A stretch of 64,000 nt of DNA from Mobula hypostoma (taxonomy: Eukaryota): positions 70,248,001 through 70,312,000 of the forward strand of contig NC_086108.1 in assembly GCF_963921235.1 (NCBI RefSeq), written 5' to 3'. Positions 27,874 through 38,624 of the stretch are shown piece after piece. The notes under the pieces are model-generated. The model was not told the origin of the DNA and ran no database searches. It worked only from the letters and a program-made list of their open reading frames with translations. How positions within the stretch are numbered: the first letter of the stretch is position 1; every line of letters starts with the position of its first letter. The translations under genes were made by a program, and so were the position numbers.

Positions 27874-28654
27874 TTTTAAATTAATTTTTTCTATTGGGCT
27901 GATTCAGTACTACAAAGATGTCTGCAGTATCGTGACTTCCGGTTCCACTCTGAATATTTATTCCTCTTCCAATTTCATGAGTTTTCATTATGGTTAACTC
28001 TTTATATACCAAAGGGTTGACTTTAAACTATGGCTCAGATTATTAATTTTGTCTCTTGGAATACAAATGGTTTAAACCATCCAATAAAACGGAAAAAGAT
28101 TTTTAAAGTATTCCAAAGACTGAATGCTCATATTATTTTTGCAAACGAAACTCGTGAGGGAAGAGGATAATCAATGTTTCTTTAGGTTTTGGAAGGAAAA
28201 ATAGTATCACTTGAACTTTCAGGCCAAAGTGAAAGGAGTTTCAATTTTTATAGATTCCTCAATCACATTTACTCATCAAGACATTGTTTCAGATCCGAGT
28301 GGTAGATTTTTGTTAATTACTGGGTTACTTTTTAATAAAAATGTTGCTATAGTTAATGTTTATGCTCCAAACATGGATTATCCTGAATTTTTAAAGCATT
28401 TATTTATTTCTTTTCGAATTTTAAACAGGTATATGTTGATAATGGGTGGTGATTTTAATTGCTGTTTAAATCCCCTGATGGATAGATCCATATCTAGTCA
28501 GGCTTTACCAAATAAGTCAGCTACTCTTATTAACTCTTTTATAACTGACTCTGGAATTTCAGAAATTTGGAGATTTCTACACCCTAAGGATAAAGAGTTT
28601 TCATTCTTCTCACATGTTATCATTCTTATTCTCGAATTGACTGCTTTTTTATTG
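27874..28654 (+). mobile_element. Internal fragment of an L1-clade LINE (inter-ORF spacer and endonuclease N-terminus), opposite in orientation to its host
   Basis: MAQIINFVSWNTNGLNHPIKRKK... at 28030 and ORF 28211-28663 are homologous to the endonuclease of the 15898-21730 family. No tail or TSD. Confidence 0.82.
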
Positions 28655-30049
28655 TTTTTCTAATAAGTGTTTCTCTTTGAGCATTTCAAAACTGAACAGT
28701 GTTCCTTCTTTCATTATATTGCAAACAGCTGTTACTCCTTTAGCTGTCCAGTCTTTAATTCTAGCATCCAGTTTATTTGGCGTAAAATTGGAGTCATATG
28801 CACACCATTTAAGAATTGCAATGTCTGTCTCTAGTTAATATTCTTTTATAATAGTTTTCCATATTTTAAGAGTCCATTTCACCCATGGGTTGTCAATATT
28901 ATTTATGTAACTTTGTAGGTTGTTATCAGCCAAAACTGCCTGTATGGGGATGGAAAGTATCCTCTCCTCAATATTTTTCCATTGAGTGTCATATGATGGG
29001 TTGTACCAGCATATCACGACTCTCAACTGTGCTGCAAAATAATAATCTCAAAGAGAAAGTAGGCCCTATGCCCCCTTTTCCTTGGCTAATTGCAAAGTTT
29101 TGAAACGAACCCTAGGCCTTTTACCTTGCCATATATATCTTGATAGCATCTTGTTCCATTCATTGAATTGATTTTGGTTAATCTCTATTGGTAGGGTCTG
29201 AAAAAGATATAGTAGTCTATGCAGTATATTCAGTTTAATAGATTCAATCCTTGAACTGAGACCAAGAAAAGGAATTAGGTTCCATCTTGTTATATCTTCC
29301 TTAACTTTTTTTATATATAGGCTGATAATTACATTCTGATAATTTTACCAAATCTTTTGGCATAATGATGCCCAAATATTTGACGGACTGTGTTTGCCAT
29401 GCCCAAGGATATCTACTTTCAATTTCTCTTGGTGGGCTATAGTTATATGAAAGTAGTTGGGTTTTATCTATGTTGAACTTGTAGCCTGATTGTTCAAAGG
29501 ATTGCATCAGTTTAGGTAAAGAGTATGTTGGTTGCCCTAGATAGATCAAAATGTCATCCGCGTAACAGGCCAATTTATGCTCTGTCCCTTTAATAGTAAT
29601 TCCCCTGATATCTTCACTTTGTCTGATGTATTGAGCTAATGGTTCCAGATATAATGCGAAGAGTAGCAGTGACCATGCACAACCCTGTCTCGTGCCCCTT
29701 TCTAGGGTAAAACTATTAGATAAATATCCATTGATTTTAATCCTGGCAGTAGGATTGTCGTATAGTGCCTGTATAGTTTTAATAATTGTGTCATGTAGAC
29801 CAAATCTATGTAAAACTCTGTAAAGAAAATTCCAATTAACTGAATCAAATACCTTTTCAGCATCCACACTTATCACTATTGCTTCAATTTCATTTTTTTA
29901 TATGATCCATAATGTGAAGTGTCCTTCGTATATTGTCTTGTGTTTGGCGTTGTTGTATAAAGCCTGTCTGATCATTATGTATCAGTGTGGGTAGAAACTC
30001 TTCTAATCTTTTGGCCATGATGGAGGTAAATATTCTATAATGCACATTA

Positions 30050-30581
30050 GCATCTGCCGGATGATGCTGAGGATGTTCTACGAGTCTATGGTGGCCAGTG
30101 CTATCATGCTTGCTGTTGTGTGCTGGGGCAGCAGGCTGAGAGTAGCAGACACCAACAGAATCAACAAACTCATCCGTAAGGCCAATGATGTTGTGGGGAT
30201 GGAACTGGACTCTCTCACGGTGGTGTCTGAAAAGAGGATGCTGTCTAAGTTGCATGCCATCTTGGTCAATGTTTCCCATCCACTACATAATGTACTGGGT
30301 GGGCACAGGAGTACATTCAGCCAGAGACTCATTCCACTGAGATGCAGCACAGAGCATCGTAGGAAGTCATTCCTGCCTGTGGCCTTCAAACTTTACAACT
30401 CCTCCCTTGGAGGGTCAGACACCCTGAGCCAATAGGCTGGTCCTGGACTTATTTCATAATTTACTGGCATAATTTACATACTACTATTTAACTATTTATG
30501 GTTCTATTACTATTTATTATTTATGGTGCAACTGTAACGAAAACCAATTTCCCCTGGGATCAATAAAGTATGACTATGACT
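30050..30581 (+). mobile_element. Rex1/Babar-like LINE 3' fragment
   Basis: ORF ...ICRMMLRMFYESMVASAI..VVCWG..SHPLH..RKSFLPVA. Tail aataaagtatgactatgact. Short atta duplication. Near-identical to 57131-57854. Confidence 0.8.
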
Positions 30582-32671
30582 ATTAAGAACAGATATTGGT
30601 CTAAATGACCCACATTCCATTTTATCCTTGCCTTCTTTCGGTATAGCTGAGATTATCGCCTCCTTCCAGCTGGGTAGCATTTGCGCATTTCTTAGGGCCC
30701 AATTCAGTGTGGGGAGTAAAATAGGAATTAACTGACTTCTAAACTCTTTCTACCACTCTGCCGTATATCCCTCTGATCCTGGTGACTTGCTTAATTTAAG
30801 CCTACTAATTGCAGTTTTTAGTTCAGCTTCAGTTACATCAGCAATCATCGTTCTATTTTGTTCTTTGCTTAAAGTGGGTAACTCTAAAGAATTCAGGAAA
30901 GTGTCAGTTTGGGTTATGCTTCCCCCTGGAACTTTGGAATATAGAGTTTTGTAAAACATTTCAAAAGCTTCTTGAATTTCACTTAGCTTATTTTATTTTT
31001 ATCACTTTTATTCTTGGATTCCTAATTCTATGAATTGTATTTTCTGCTATTTTTTTTTTCAGTTTCTACACCAGTATTTTCATAGATTTAGATCCACTTT
31101 CATAGTGTCTCTGTTTCAGAAACATTTTTTTTTTCTAATTTCTTGTGTAGCCAAACTATTCATTTCATTCCTAATTTTTTTTTACTTTCCTCTATCGTAT
31201 CCTGTGCCAAACTTAATTTGTTTTTTTTCTAGTTCCTTCAGCTTATTTTGTAATTCCTCTAATGTTTTATTCCTTTTCTTATATGAAGATATCGCTATAA
31301 TTTTCCCTCTTAAGACAGCCTTCAGAGTATCCCATAGAATGGGAGGTGGAACCTCTCCATTATCATTGAAGTAAAGACCAATTTCTTTTTTAATTTGTTC
31401 CTTAAAATAGAGATCATTGAGTAGACCTGAATTTGGCTTCCAAATAGTATTCTTTGGTTGTAGGTCAAAATCAACAGATACATATATAGGTGCATGGTCA
31501 CTTACATCTGTTGTCCCAATTCTGCAGGTGATTATTTTGTCTCTATCTTTTCCAAAAGTTATGAAATAGTCTATTCTTGTATATATGGAATGGGGGGTAG
31601 AATAATGAGTGTAATCTCTTCTGTTGGGGAAAAGGTCCCTTCATATATCAATTAGACCAACATCCTCAAAAAGAGTGTTAACTTTCTTATGTAAGGACTT
31701 TGTTTCGTAAGTTTTTCTATTGGAAGAGTCTAACTTTGGTTGTAATTGTAAATTTAAGTCTCCCCCATATATCAAAAGACCTTCTTTTTCCGTTACCATA
31801 ATATTAGTAATTTTCTGGAAGAAACTAATATCACTTCCTGGGACGGTGTATATATTCAGTAAAGTAACTGGATTTCCATCTGTATTCCCCCTTACCAGAA
31901 TATATCTGCCCTCCTTATCTCCCATTTCGAATACTTTTTCAAAATTTAGCTTGCTTGAGATGAGATAACAACTCCTCTTCTATGTCCTGATTTATATGAG
32001 GAGAAAAACATATATGAGAAGCCCATTCTCTTTAATTTTCCATGCTCATTAAGTAAATATACTACAAACATTTGTACATGGGCTTGTTCTTTTTTCATTT
32101 TTGATAGAATTTTACTGCGCTTGACTGGATTCAACAGCCCATTGACATTAAAAGATATGAATTTTACTTTGTCCTTAGCCATGTGTATTTATCTGTTAGT
32201 ATATCGTTGAAATTTGCAGAATATAACTTAATCGATCTACTCCCTGAACAATTAAGAGCCAAGAAACACGAATAATCAAAAACAGGTAACGAAAGTGTGA
32301 TTCCAAGGCTGGGGTCTCTAGATGACCCCAGGTTGAGCTGGAAGAAACGTCTAGCTGTGGGGGATAGCCCCTTCTACCTGTGAGTTGAGGGCTCCCGTTG
32401 CAGTACCTATAAAAGTAAGTAAAAAAAAACTATGTCCATTACACGGAAATGATTTCCCTGTGTATTCCTCTCATGTATATATTCTCATTTAGGTGGGGAA
32501 AAAGAATGAATAAATGAATTTTTAAAAAATTGAGTAATATAAAATCCACATTATAATACGTATTTCTTGAGATAGGTATATCACCGTCTGATTTTGCTTC
32601 AGTTTAGTTTATCAGCACTTTTAAAAGTTAGCCAAACCTTATGGCTTTTCTGGAGGAGGTGAGGGCTGTCC

Positions 32672-33646
32672 TCAGAGAACTCGCTGTCTCTTCCCAATGT
32701 CCTTCTCTCGTCCTGCTCCTGTCCCTTGCTTTCTAGGTTCTCTTACTATTTCCCAAGCAGATTGGGATAACTGCTCAGCCAGACTTTCCTTTGGTTTGAC
32801 CACACTAATGGGCAGTCCTCTGTTCTTCATGTCTGTAGTTGCCTCTTCCACCGTCTGATATAGTCGTATCACTTCTTGGTAAAATACCCTCAGTTTAGCA
32901 GGGTATGGGGTTTGGAATTTAATCTTTTCTTGCTTTAATATTAATTTCGCTTCGGAATATTCCTTCTGTTTCTGTAGGACCGCCAGGGGGTAATCATGAT
33001 CGAAATATATTAACTTCCCGTTCCAAAACACCCTCTTCATACCCCAGGCCCTTCGTAGAATCTCCGCCTTGCTCTTGAATCGAAGGAATCTAAGTACTAT
33101 TGAGCGCGGTTTACTTTCTCTGTCTCCGGGAGGTAGCGGGACGAGCGAACGATGTGTCCTGTTAATTTCAATCTCCATAGTCGGGGGAATCTCCAGCGTG
33201 TCCCGCAGCAGCTTGTCTACAAAGTCCATCATCGACAACCCCTCTGCTCCTTTGGGAACATTATAAATCCTGATATTTTTCCGTTGCGATCTTCCCTCCT
33301 GGTCAAGCGATTTACTTTCCTGTTGATTTAATATTTTTATCATCTTACTTAGTACCTGTTCCACATTTTGCACGCGATCTTCCACCTTCTCAATTCGAGT
33401 TTCTGCCACCGCTATTTTCTGATTGACGTTGGCGAGCTCTGACTTTATATCATTGAGTTGCTGTTTTATATCTTTTTGGACTTCCCTTATCTCTTCCAGA
33501 ATCTTTATCCTATTTGTCGCTTCGCCTGCACGAGGCCGCGCGTCAGCCTTGCCACCGTGCGCACATGTAGGAGAGCTGCATGCTGTACCTCTCTCTTCCA
33601 TGGGCTCCGCAGTGGTGCTTATTTTATCTCCATTCTTTTTCCCCAT
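32672..33646 (-). CDS. L1-type ORF1 protein (coiled coil plus RRM/CTD-like region), open reading frame of 324 aa
   Basis: LDQEGRSQRKNIRIYNVP, INRTHRS, PRSIVLRF, IYFDHDY, PYPAKLRV motifs of L1 ORF1p. Confidence 0.75.
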   Translation of the reverse strand: MGKKNGDKISTTAEPMEERGTACSSPTCAHGGKADARPRAGEATNRIKILEEIREVQKDIKQQLNDIKSELANVNQKIAVAETRIEKVEDRVQNVEQVLSKMIKILNQQESKSLDQEGRSQRKNIRIYNVPKGAEGLSMMDFVDKLLRDTLEIPPTMEIEINRTHRSLVPLPPGDRESKPRSIVLRFLRFKSKAEILRRAWGMKRVFWNGKLIYFDHDYPLAVLQKQKEYSEAKLILKQEKIKFQTPYPAKLRVFYQEVIRLYQTVEEATTDMKNRGLPISVVKPKESLAEQLSQSAWEIVREPRKQGTGAGREKDIGKRQRVL

Positions 33647-34507
33647 TCTTGCCCCCCTTATGAATTCAGATATTTTCGGAAGATCTTATATTTGATGGAT
33701 TAACGGGCAAAATATGCATTTTTCCAGAGGAGCTATTGATTTAAGCTGCCATTCTGAATGATGACGTCACCGGAACCGCCTTGTGAATTTTTTTTTATAG
33801 ATTAATGACCCAGGTGACCAAAACTATACACAATAATGAAAGCTTAGTGTCACCAACATATTGTATAGTAGTAACACAACATCCCCTCCTTTGTGCTCAG
33901 TGCCTTGACTGATGAAGGCAAGCGTACCAAATGCTGTTTTATTCTCCTGCTAACCTGTGTACACTTGTAAATGTATGTAAGCACAAAACATAGATGCTGC
34001 TTGAACAGTTCCATCATTTTACAAAAAGAAACTGAGTAACCCACCTCTCAGCACTGCTTATGTTCCCACTTTCAGTTCTGATGAAGGATTTTTGTCCTGC
34101 AACATAAACTCTGTTTCCCTTTCCACAGATGCTGCTTGAGCTGTTGAGTGTTGACTGCATTTTCTGTTTTCTAGCATCCTGTACCTTTTAGCCATGGCTT
34201 TAAGACATCCTTCCGGAAAAATAATCCTTTTGGTGCATCTGTCATGCTCTGTAATGGGGTTTACTGTTTTTTTTTATTGCGTTCATTGGCTGGAGACTGT
34301 GACTGAAATTATTATATATTGGGTAAATATTTTAATGTCAGTCACTTGTGTGAATTTTCAAGGGCTGCTTTTTTGATTAGTTTCTGCAGGGACCTTAGTC
34401 ATTGTTTATGCAGGCCCTTTCAGTGGATTTCAGGTTGAGCAGAGGAGGTTATATGAGCTGAGGCATGAATCTCTCATTTTCTTGTTGTAGAGGCCATTTT
34501 TTCTGAT

Positions 34508-36268
34508 AGACAGAAACGTAGAAAACCTACAGCACGATACAGGCCTTTTGGCCCACAATGCTGTGCCGAAAATGTACTTTAGAAATTATCTAGGGTTACC
34601 CATATCCCTCTATTTTTCTAAGCTCCATGTACCTATCCAAGAGTCTCTTAAAAGACCCTATCGTATTTGCCTCCACCACTGTCGCCAGTAGCCCATTCCA
34701 TGCACTCACCACACTCTGCGTAAAAAGAAAAAACTTACCCCTGACATCTCCTCTGTACTAACTTCCAAGCACCTTAAAACTGTGCTCTCTTGTGTTAGCC
34801 ATTTCAGCCTTGGGAAAAAGCCTCTGACTATCCACACGACCAATGCCTCTCATCATCTTATACACCTCTATCAGATCATCTCTCATCCTCCGTCTCTCCA
34901 AGGAGAAAAGGCCAAGTTCACTCAAGCTATTCTCATAAGGCATGCTCCCCAATTCAGGCAACATCATTGTAAATATCCTCTGCATGCTTTCTATAGTTTC
35001 CACATCCTTCCTGTAGTGAGGTGACCAGAACTGAGCACAGTACTCCAAGTGGGGTCTGACCAGGGTCCTATACAACTGTAACATTACCTCTTGGCTCTTG
35101 AACTCAATCCACAGCTGATCAAGGCCAACACTCCGTATGCCTTCATAACCACGCAGTCAACCTGCGTAGCAGCTTTGAATGTCCTGTGGACTCGGACCCC
35201 AAGATCCCTCTGATCCTCCACGCTGCCCAGAGTCTTACCATTAATACTATATTCTGCCATCATATTTGACCTCCCAAAATGAACCACCTCAAACTTATCT
35301 AGGTTGAACTCCATCTGCTACTTCTCAGCCCAGTTTTGCATCCTATCGATGTCCCTCTGTAACCTCTGACAGCCCTCCACACTATCCACAACACCCCAAA
35401 CCTTTGTCATCAGGAAATTTACTAACGCATCCCTCCACTTCCTCATCCAGGTCATTTATAAAAAATCATGAAGAGAAAGGGTCCCAGAACAGATCCCTGA
35501 GGCACACCACTGGTCACTGACCTCCATGCAGAATATGACCCAACTACAACCACTCTTTGCCTTCTGTGGGCAAGCCAGTTCTGGATCCACAAAGCAAGGT
35601 CCCCTTGGATCTCATGCCTCTTCACTTTCTCGATAAGCCTTTCATGAGGTACCTTATCAAATGTCTTGCTGAAATCCATATACTGTTCTACCTTCACCAA
35701 AGTGTTTAGTCACATCCTCAAAAAATTCAATCAGGCTCGTAAGGCACGACCTGCCTTTGACAAAGCCATGCTGACTATTCCTAATCATATTATGCCTCTT
35801 CAAATATTCATAAATCCTGCCTCTCAGGATCTTCTCCATCAGCTTACGAACCACTGAAGTGAGACTCATTGGTCCATCATTTTCAGGGCAATCTCTACTC
35901 CCTTTCTTGAAAAAGGGAACAACATCTGCAACCCTCCAGTCCTTCGGAACCTCTCCTGTCCCCATTGATGATGCAAAGATCAATGCCAGAGGCTCAGCAA
36001 ACTCCTCCCTCGCCTCCCACAGTAGCCTGGGGTACATCTTGTCCAGTCCTGGAGACTTATCCAGCTTGATGCTTTTGAAAAGCTCCAGCACATCGTCTTT
36101 CTTAATGTCTATATTCTCAAGCTTTTCAGTCAACTGTAAGTCATCCCTACAATCGCCAAGGTCCTTTTCCGTAGTGAATTCTGAAGCAAAGTATTCATTA
36201 AGTACCTCTGCTACCTCCTCTGGTTCCATGCACTTTTCCACTGTCACACTTGATTGGTCCTATTCTCT
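34508..36268 (-). mobile_element. Decayed CR1 LINE, same subfamily as 10482-12916
   Basis: Minus ORFs 35657-36247, 35452-35700, 35084-35314 and 34758-35084 carry CR1 RT motifs. Confidence 0.9.
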
Positions 36269-36341
36269 TGAAGCTCTTTTTTGGTACCAATTGAGGAATA
36301 TAGCTGCGTTAAAACAAATGATATAAATAAATTAGTATATA

Positions 36342-36669
36342 CATCAAAGTTGCTGGTGAACGCAGCAGGCCAAGCAGCATCTATAGGAAGAGGCGCAGTC
36401 GACGTTTCAGGCCGAGACCCTTCGTCAGGACTAACTGAAGGAAGAGTGAGTAAGGGATTTGAAAGCTGGAGGGGGAGGGGGAGATGCAAAATGATAGGAG
36501 AAGACAGGAGGGGGAGGGATAGAGCCGAGAGCTGGACAGGTAATAGGCAAAAGGGGATACGAGACTGCGCCTCTTCCTATAGATGCTGCTTGGCCTGCTG
36601 CGTTCACCAGCAACTTTGATGTATGTTGCTTGAATTTCCAGCATCTGCAGAATTCCTGTTGTTTGCGTT
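36342..36669. mobile_element. Penelope-like element 3'-end insertion with inverted (head-to-head) structure
   Basis: Minus arm 36342-36562 and plus arm 36563-36669 both match the 3' end of the 48509-49457 element. Flanked by a 14-bp direct repeat taaattagtatata (36328-36341 and 36670-36683). Confidence 0.85.
36397..36432 (-). ncRNA. Minimal type I hammerhead ribozyme motif (Penelope-associated)
   Basis: Reverse complement reads AGUC-CUGACGA-AGGGUCUCGGCCU-GAAAC-GUC-GACU, identical to 49335-49370. Confidence 0.72.
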
Positions 36670-36859
36670 TAAATTAGTATATATTGGTTTGTTGTTTCAC
36701 AAAATGAGAATGGATCCAGAAATGTAACAGAGTGCTATAGAATCAACCTTTGTGGCTCAAAATCCCGGTGGACATTTGTTATACTTGATTTCTGATTTTT
36801 GCAGAGAAAATACATCACTGATTAAAACGCATTTTAATTAAATAAATACTCTTGCAAAT

Positions 36860-37340
36860 TTCTACAGATGTACCATGGCAAGCATTCTAACTGGCTGCAT
36901 CCTCGTCTGGTATTGGGGTGGGGGCTACTGCACAGGATTGAAATTAGCTGCAGTAAGTTGTCAAAATAGTCAGCTCCATCATGTAGTATCCAAGACATCT
37001 TCAAGCAGCGGTGCCTCAAAAAAAGCAGCATCCATCATTAAGGATCCCTACCACCTAGGACATACCCTCTTATTGTTACCATCAGAAAGCAGGTACGGAA
37101 GCCTGAAGGTACACACTCAGCGACTTATTCAACCTTTGACAAACAGCTTCTTCGCTTCCGCCATCTGATTGCTGAATGGACATCGAACCCATGAATACTG
37201 CTTCACTACTTTTTTTTTTGCCCTACTTATTTAATTTAATTCAGCTTTCCCCCCCTATATTATCATGTATTGTGTTTTACTCCTGCTGCAAAGTTAACAA
37301 ATTTCATGACCTATACTGGTGTTACTCAGCCTGGTTCTGA
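36860..37340 (+). mobile_element. Old Rex1/Babar-like LINE 3' remnant
   Basis: ORF 36875-37168 has SILTGCILVWY..KKAASIIKDPYHLGH..LPS..RYGSLK..NSFF..AI motifs. Confidence 0.6.
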
Positions 37341-37773
37341 TTACTACTGAAACTGTTTCATAAATTCCAAAATTTTAAGCCATTGGATTCTCAACTGACA
37401 TATGAGACCGGGAAAATTTGAAGTCCCATCATGCAAGGTCAAGCAATCCTTTTAAATTTTGGGTCACCTGTAACTTGATTATATCCTGGTCTAAATTAAG
37501 TTTAAAATTATAAAATATGCATTATCATGCTTGGTGTGAATTAAATGATGGAGTTGTCACATTTGGTGCAAGTATTTCTGCTGAAGTCTGATACATTTTA
37601 AGTTGGAATAGAATAGCCAATGACACAGAGTAGTGTTTTCCCAAGTAACAAACTCCTTTTGGAATAGGAAAGAAGTGAAAAACACTGATGGAAAGGTAAT
37701 AGTGTGGTCTTTTATATATTTTGCCAGGTTTGGACAGACTGAGAACATTGTACAGGGCAGTGAATATTAGCAA

Positions 37774-37843
37774 ATGGAGAACTATTTCCAGGCTGAAGCA
37801 TTTAATCTGGACAAAGTGTTGGATGAATTTGAGCAGAATGAAG
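37774..37843 (+). CDS. ZFYVE9: ZFYVE9 (SARA) first coding exon, coding part (exon probably 37728-37843)
   Basis: Translates MENYFQAEAFNLDKVLDEFEQNE+G, matching the known ZFYVE9 N-terminus rather than that of the paralogue ZFYVE16. Acceptor ttttgccag| ends at 37727; donor AAG|gtatgt at 37844. The 70 coding nt (phase 1) join in frame to 52970 (G+AT = Asp). Missing from the ORF track because it is short. Confidence 0.93.
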
Positions 37844-37903
37844 GTATGTTAATTTCTTCTTTAGTTGTGTATTACTATTCTCAAGTAATTTTTATTCTAA
37901 ATA

Positions 37904-38624
37904 TAGTGGATTCTGGTTAACTGGAACACATCAATTAAGTGCCTGCACCAATTAGTTGACGTTTTATGGGAAAAGGTATTTTTTAAAAAAAGACAAACTA
38001 CTGTGTAACTGAGTATAAAGAATAATGTATTTGAATGAAATACAGAACAAATTTGAACACTATTAAAATGACTAGAGTACTATAAAACTTCATATTTCCT
38101 AATAGTTATTATGGAGGAATTCATCTAGTGCACTGCTGCGTTCTTTTGATTGACATGCTGCCTTCATACAATGCTATTGACGATTGGTTGCATCCTCCAA
38201 ATCTTCATTGTAACATTCAAGATGATTGTCAATAACTTCAAATTCTTCATAGTTCTTATGAAGTACTGAAGTCGTTTCATTCTTACTGTCAGCTGTTTCT
38301 GGCATCGCCAAGCTTGAATGCTTGAAACTGTAATGAACAAAACAGTTCTGAGTTATCTTACTGCTTATTTCTCGCCAACTTTCAGGGACAAAAGTTATGC
38401 TTTTTGAAAACAAGCACATGCAAGTGACTCTATATAAAAACTGCTTGCTCTAAGCACAGTGAGCACATCTGATATGAATTAGAAATTGTTCAGCAACAAT
38501 CTCCTGCTCCAATTAAACAAAGGGAATTATGGCTATTTTCTTGATTAGTTTTTGTCTTTAAGAGTTGGCCCAACTAAGCAGCTGTCCCGATTTAACCAAA
38601 GGCCCAATTAACTGGAATCCATTG
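37904..38624 (-). mobile_element. Tigger-like non-autonomous DNA transposon
   Basis: TIRs (t/c)agtggattctggttaactgg ... ccaattaactggaatccattg, flanked by TA. The minus peptide SWREISSKITQNCF resembles the post-DDE region of pogo/Tigger transposases. Confidence 0.75.

Larger units (their letters stand above)
27137..33780 (-). mobile_element. Full-length L1-clade LINE (second family) with two nested insertions
   Basis: 16-bp TSD ttgtgaattttttttt at 27121-27136 and 33781-33796. ORF1 is 32672..33646. ORF2 starts at 32182 (SFNVNGLLNP, GGDLN, KSPG, DAEK.FDSVNW, RGTRQGC, YADD) and ends in HYHIFWEC. Inserted in an old minus-strand CR1 remnant (~26700-27120, resuming after 33797). Confidence 0.92.
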
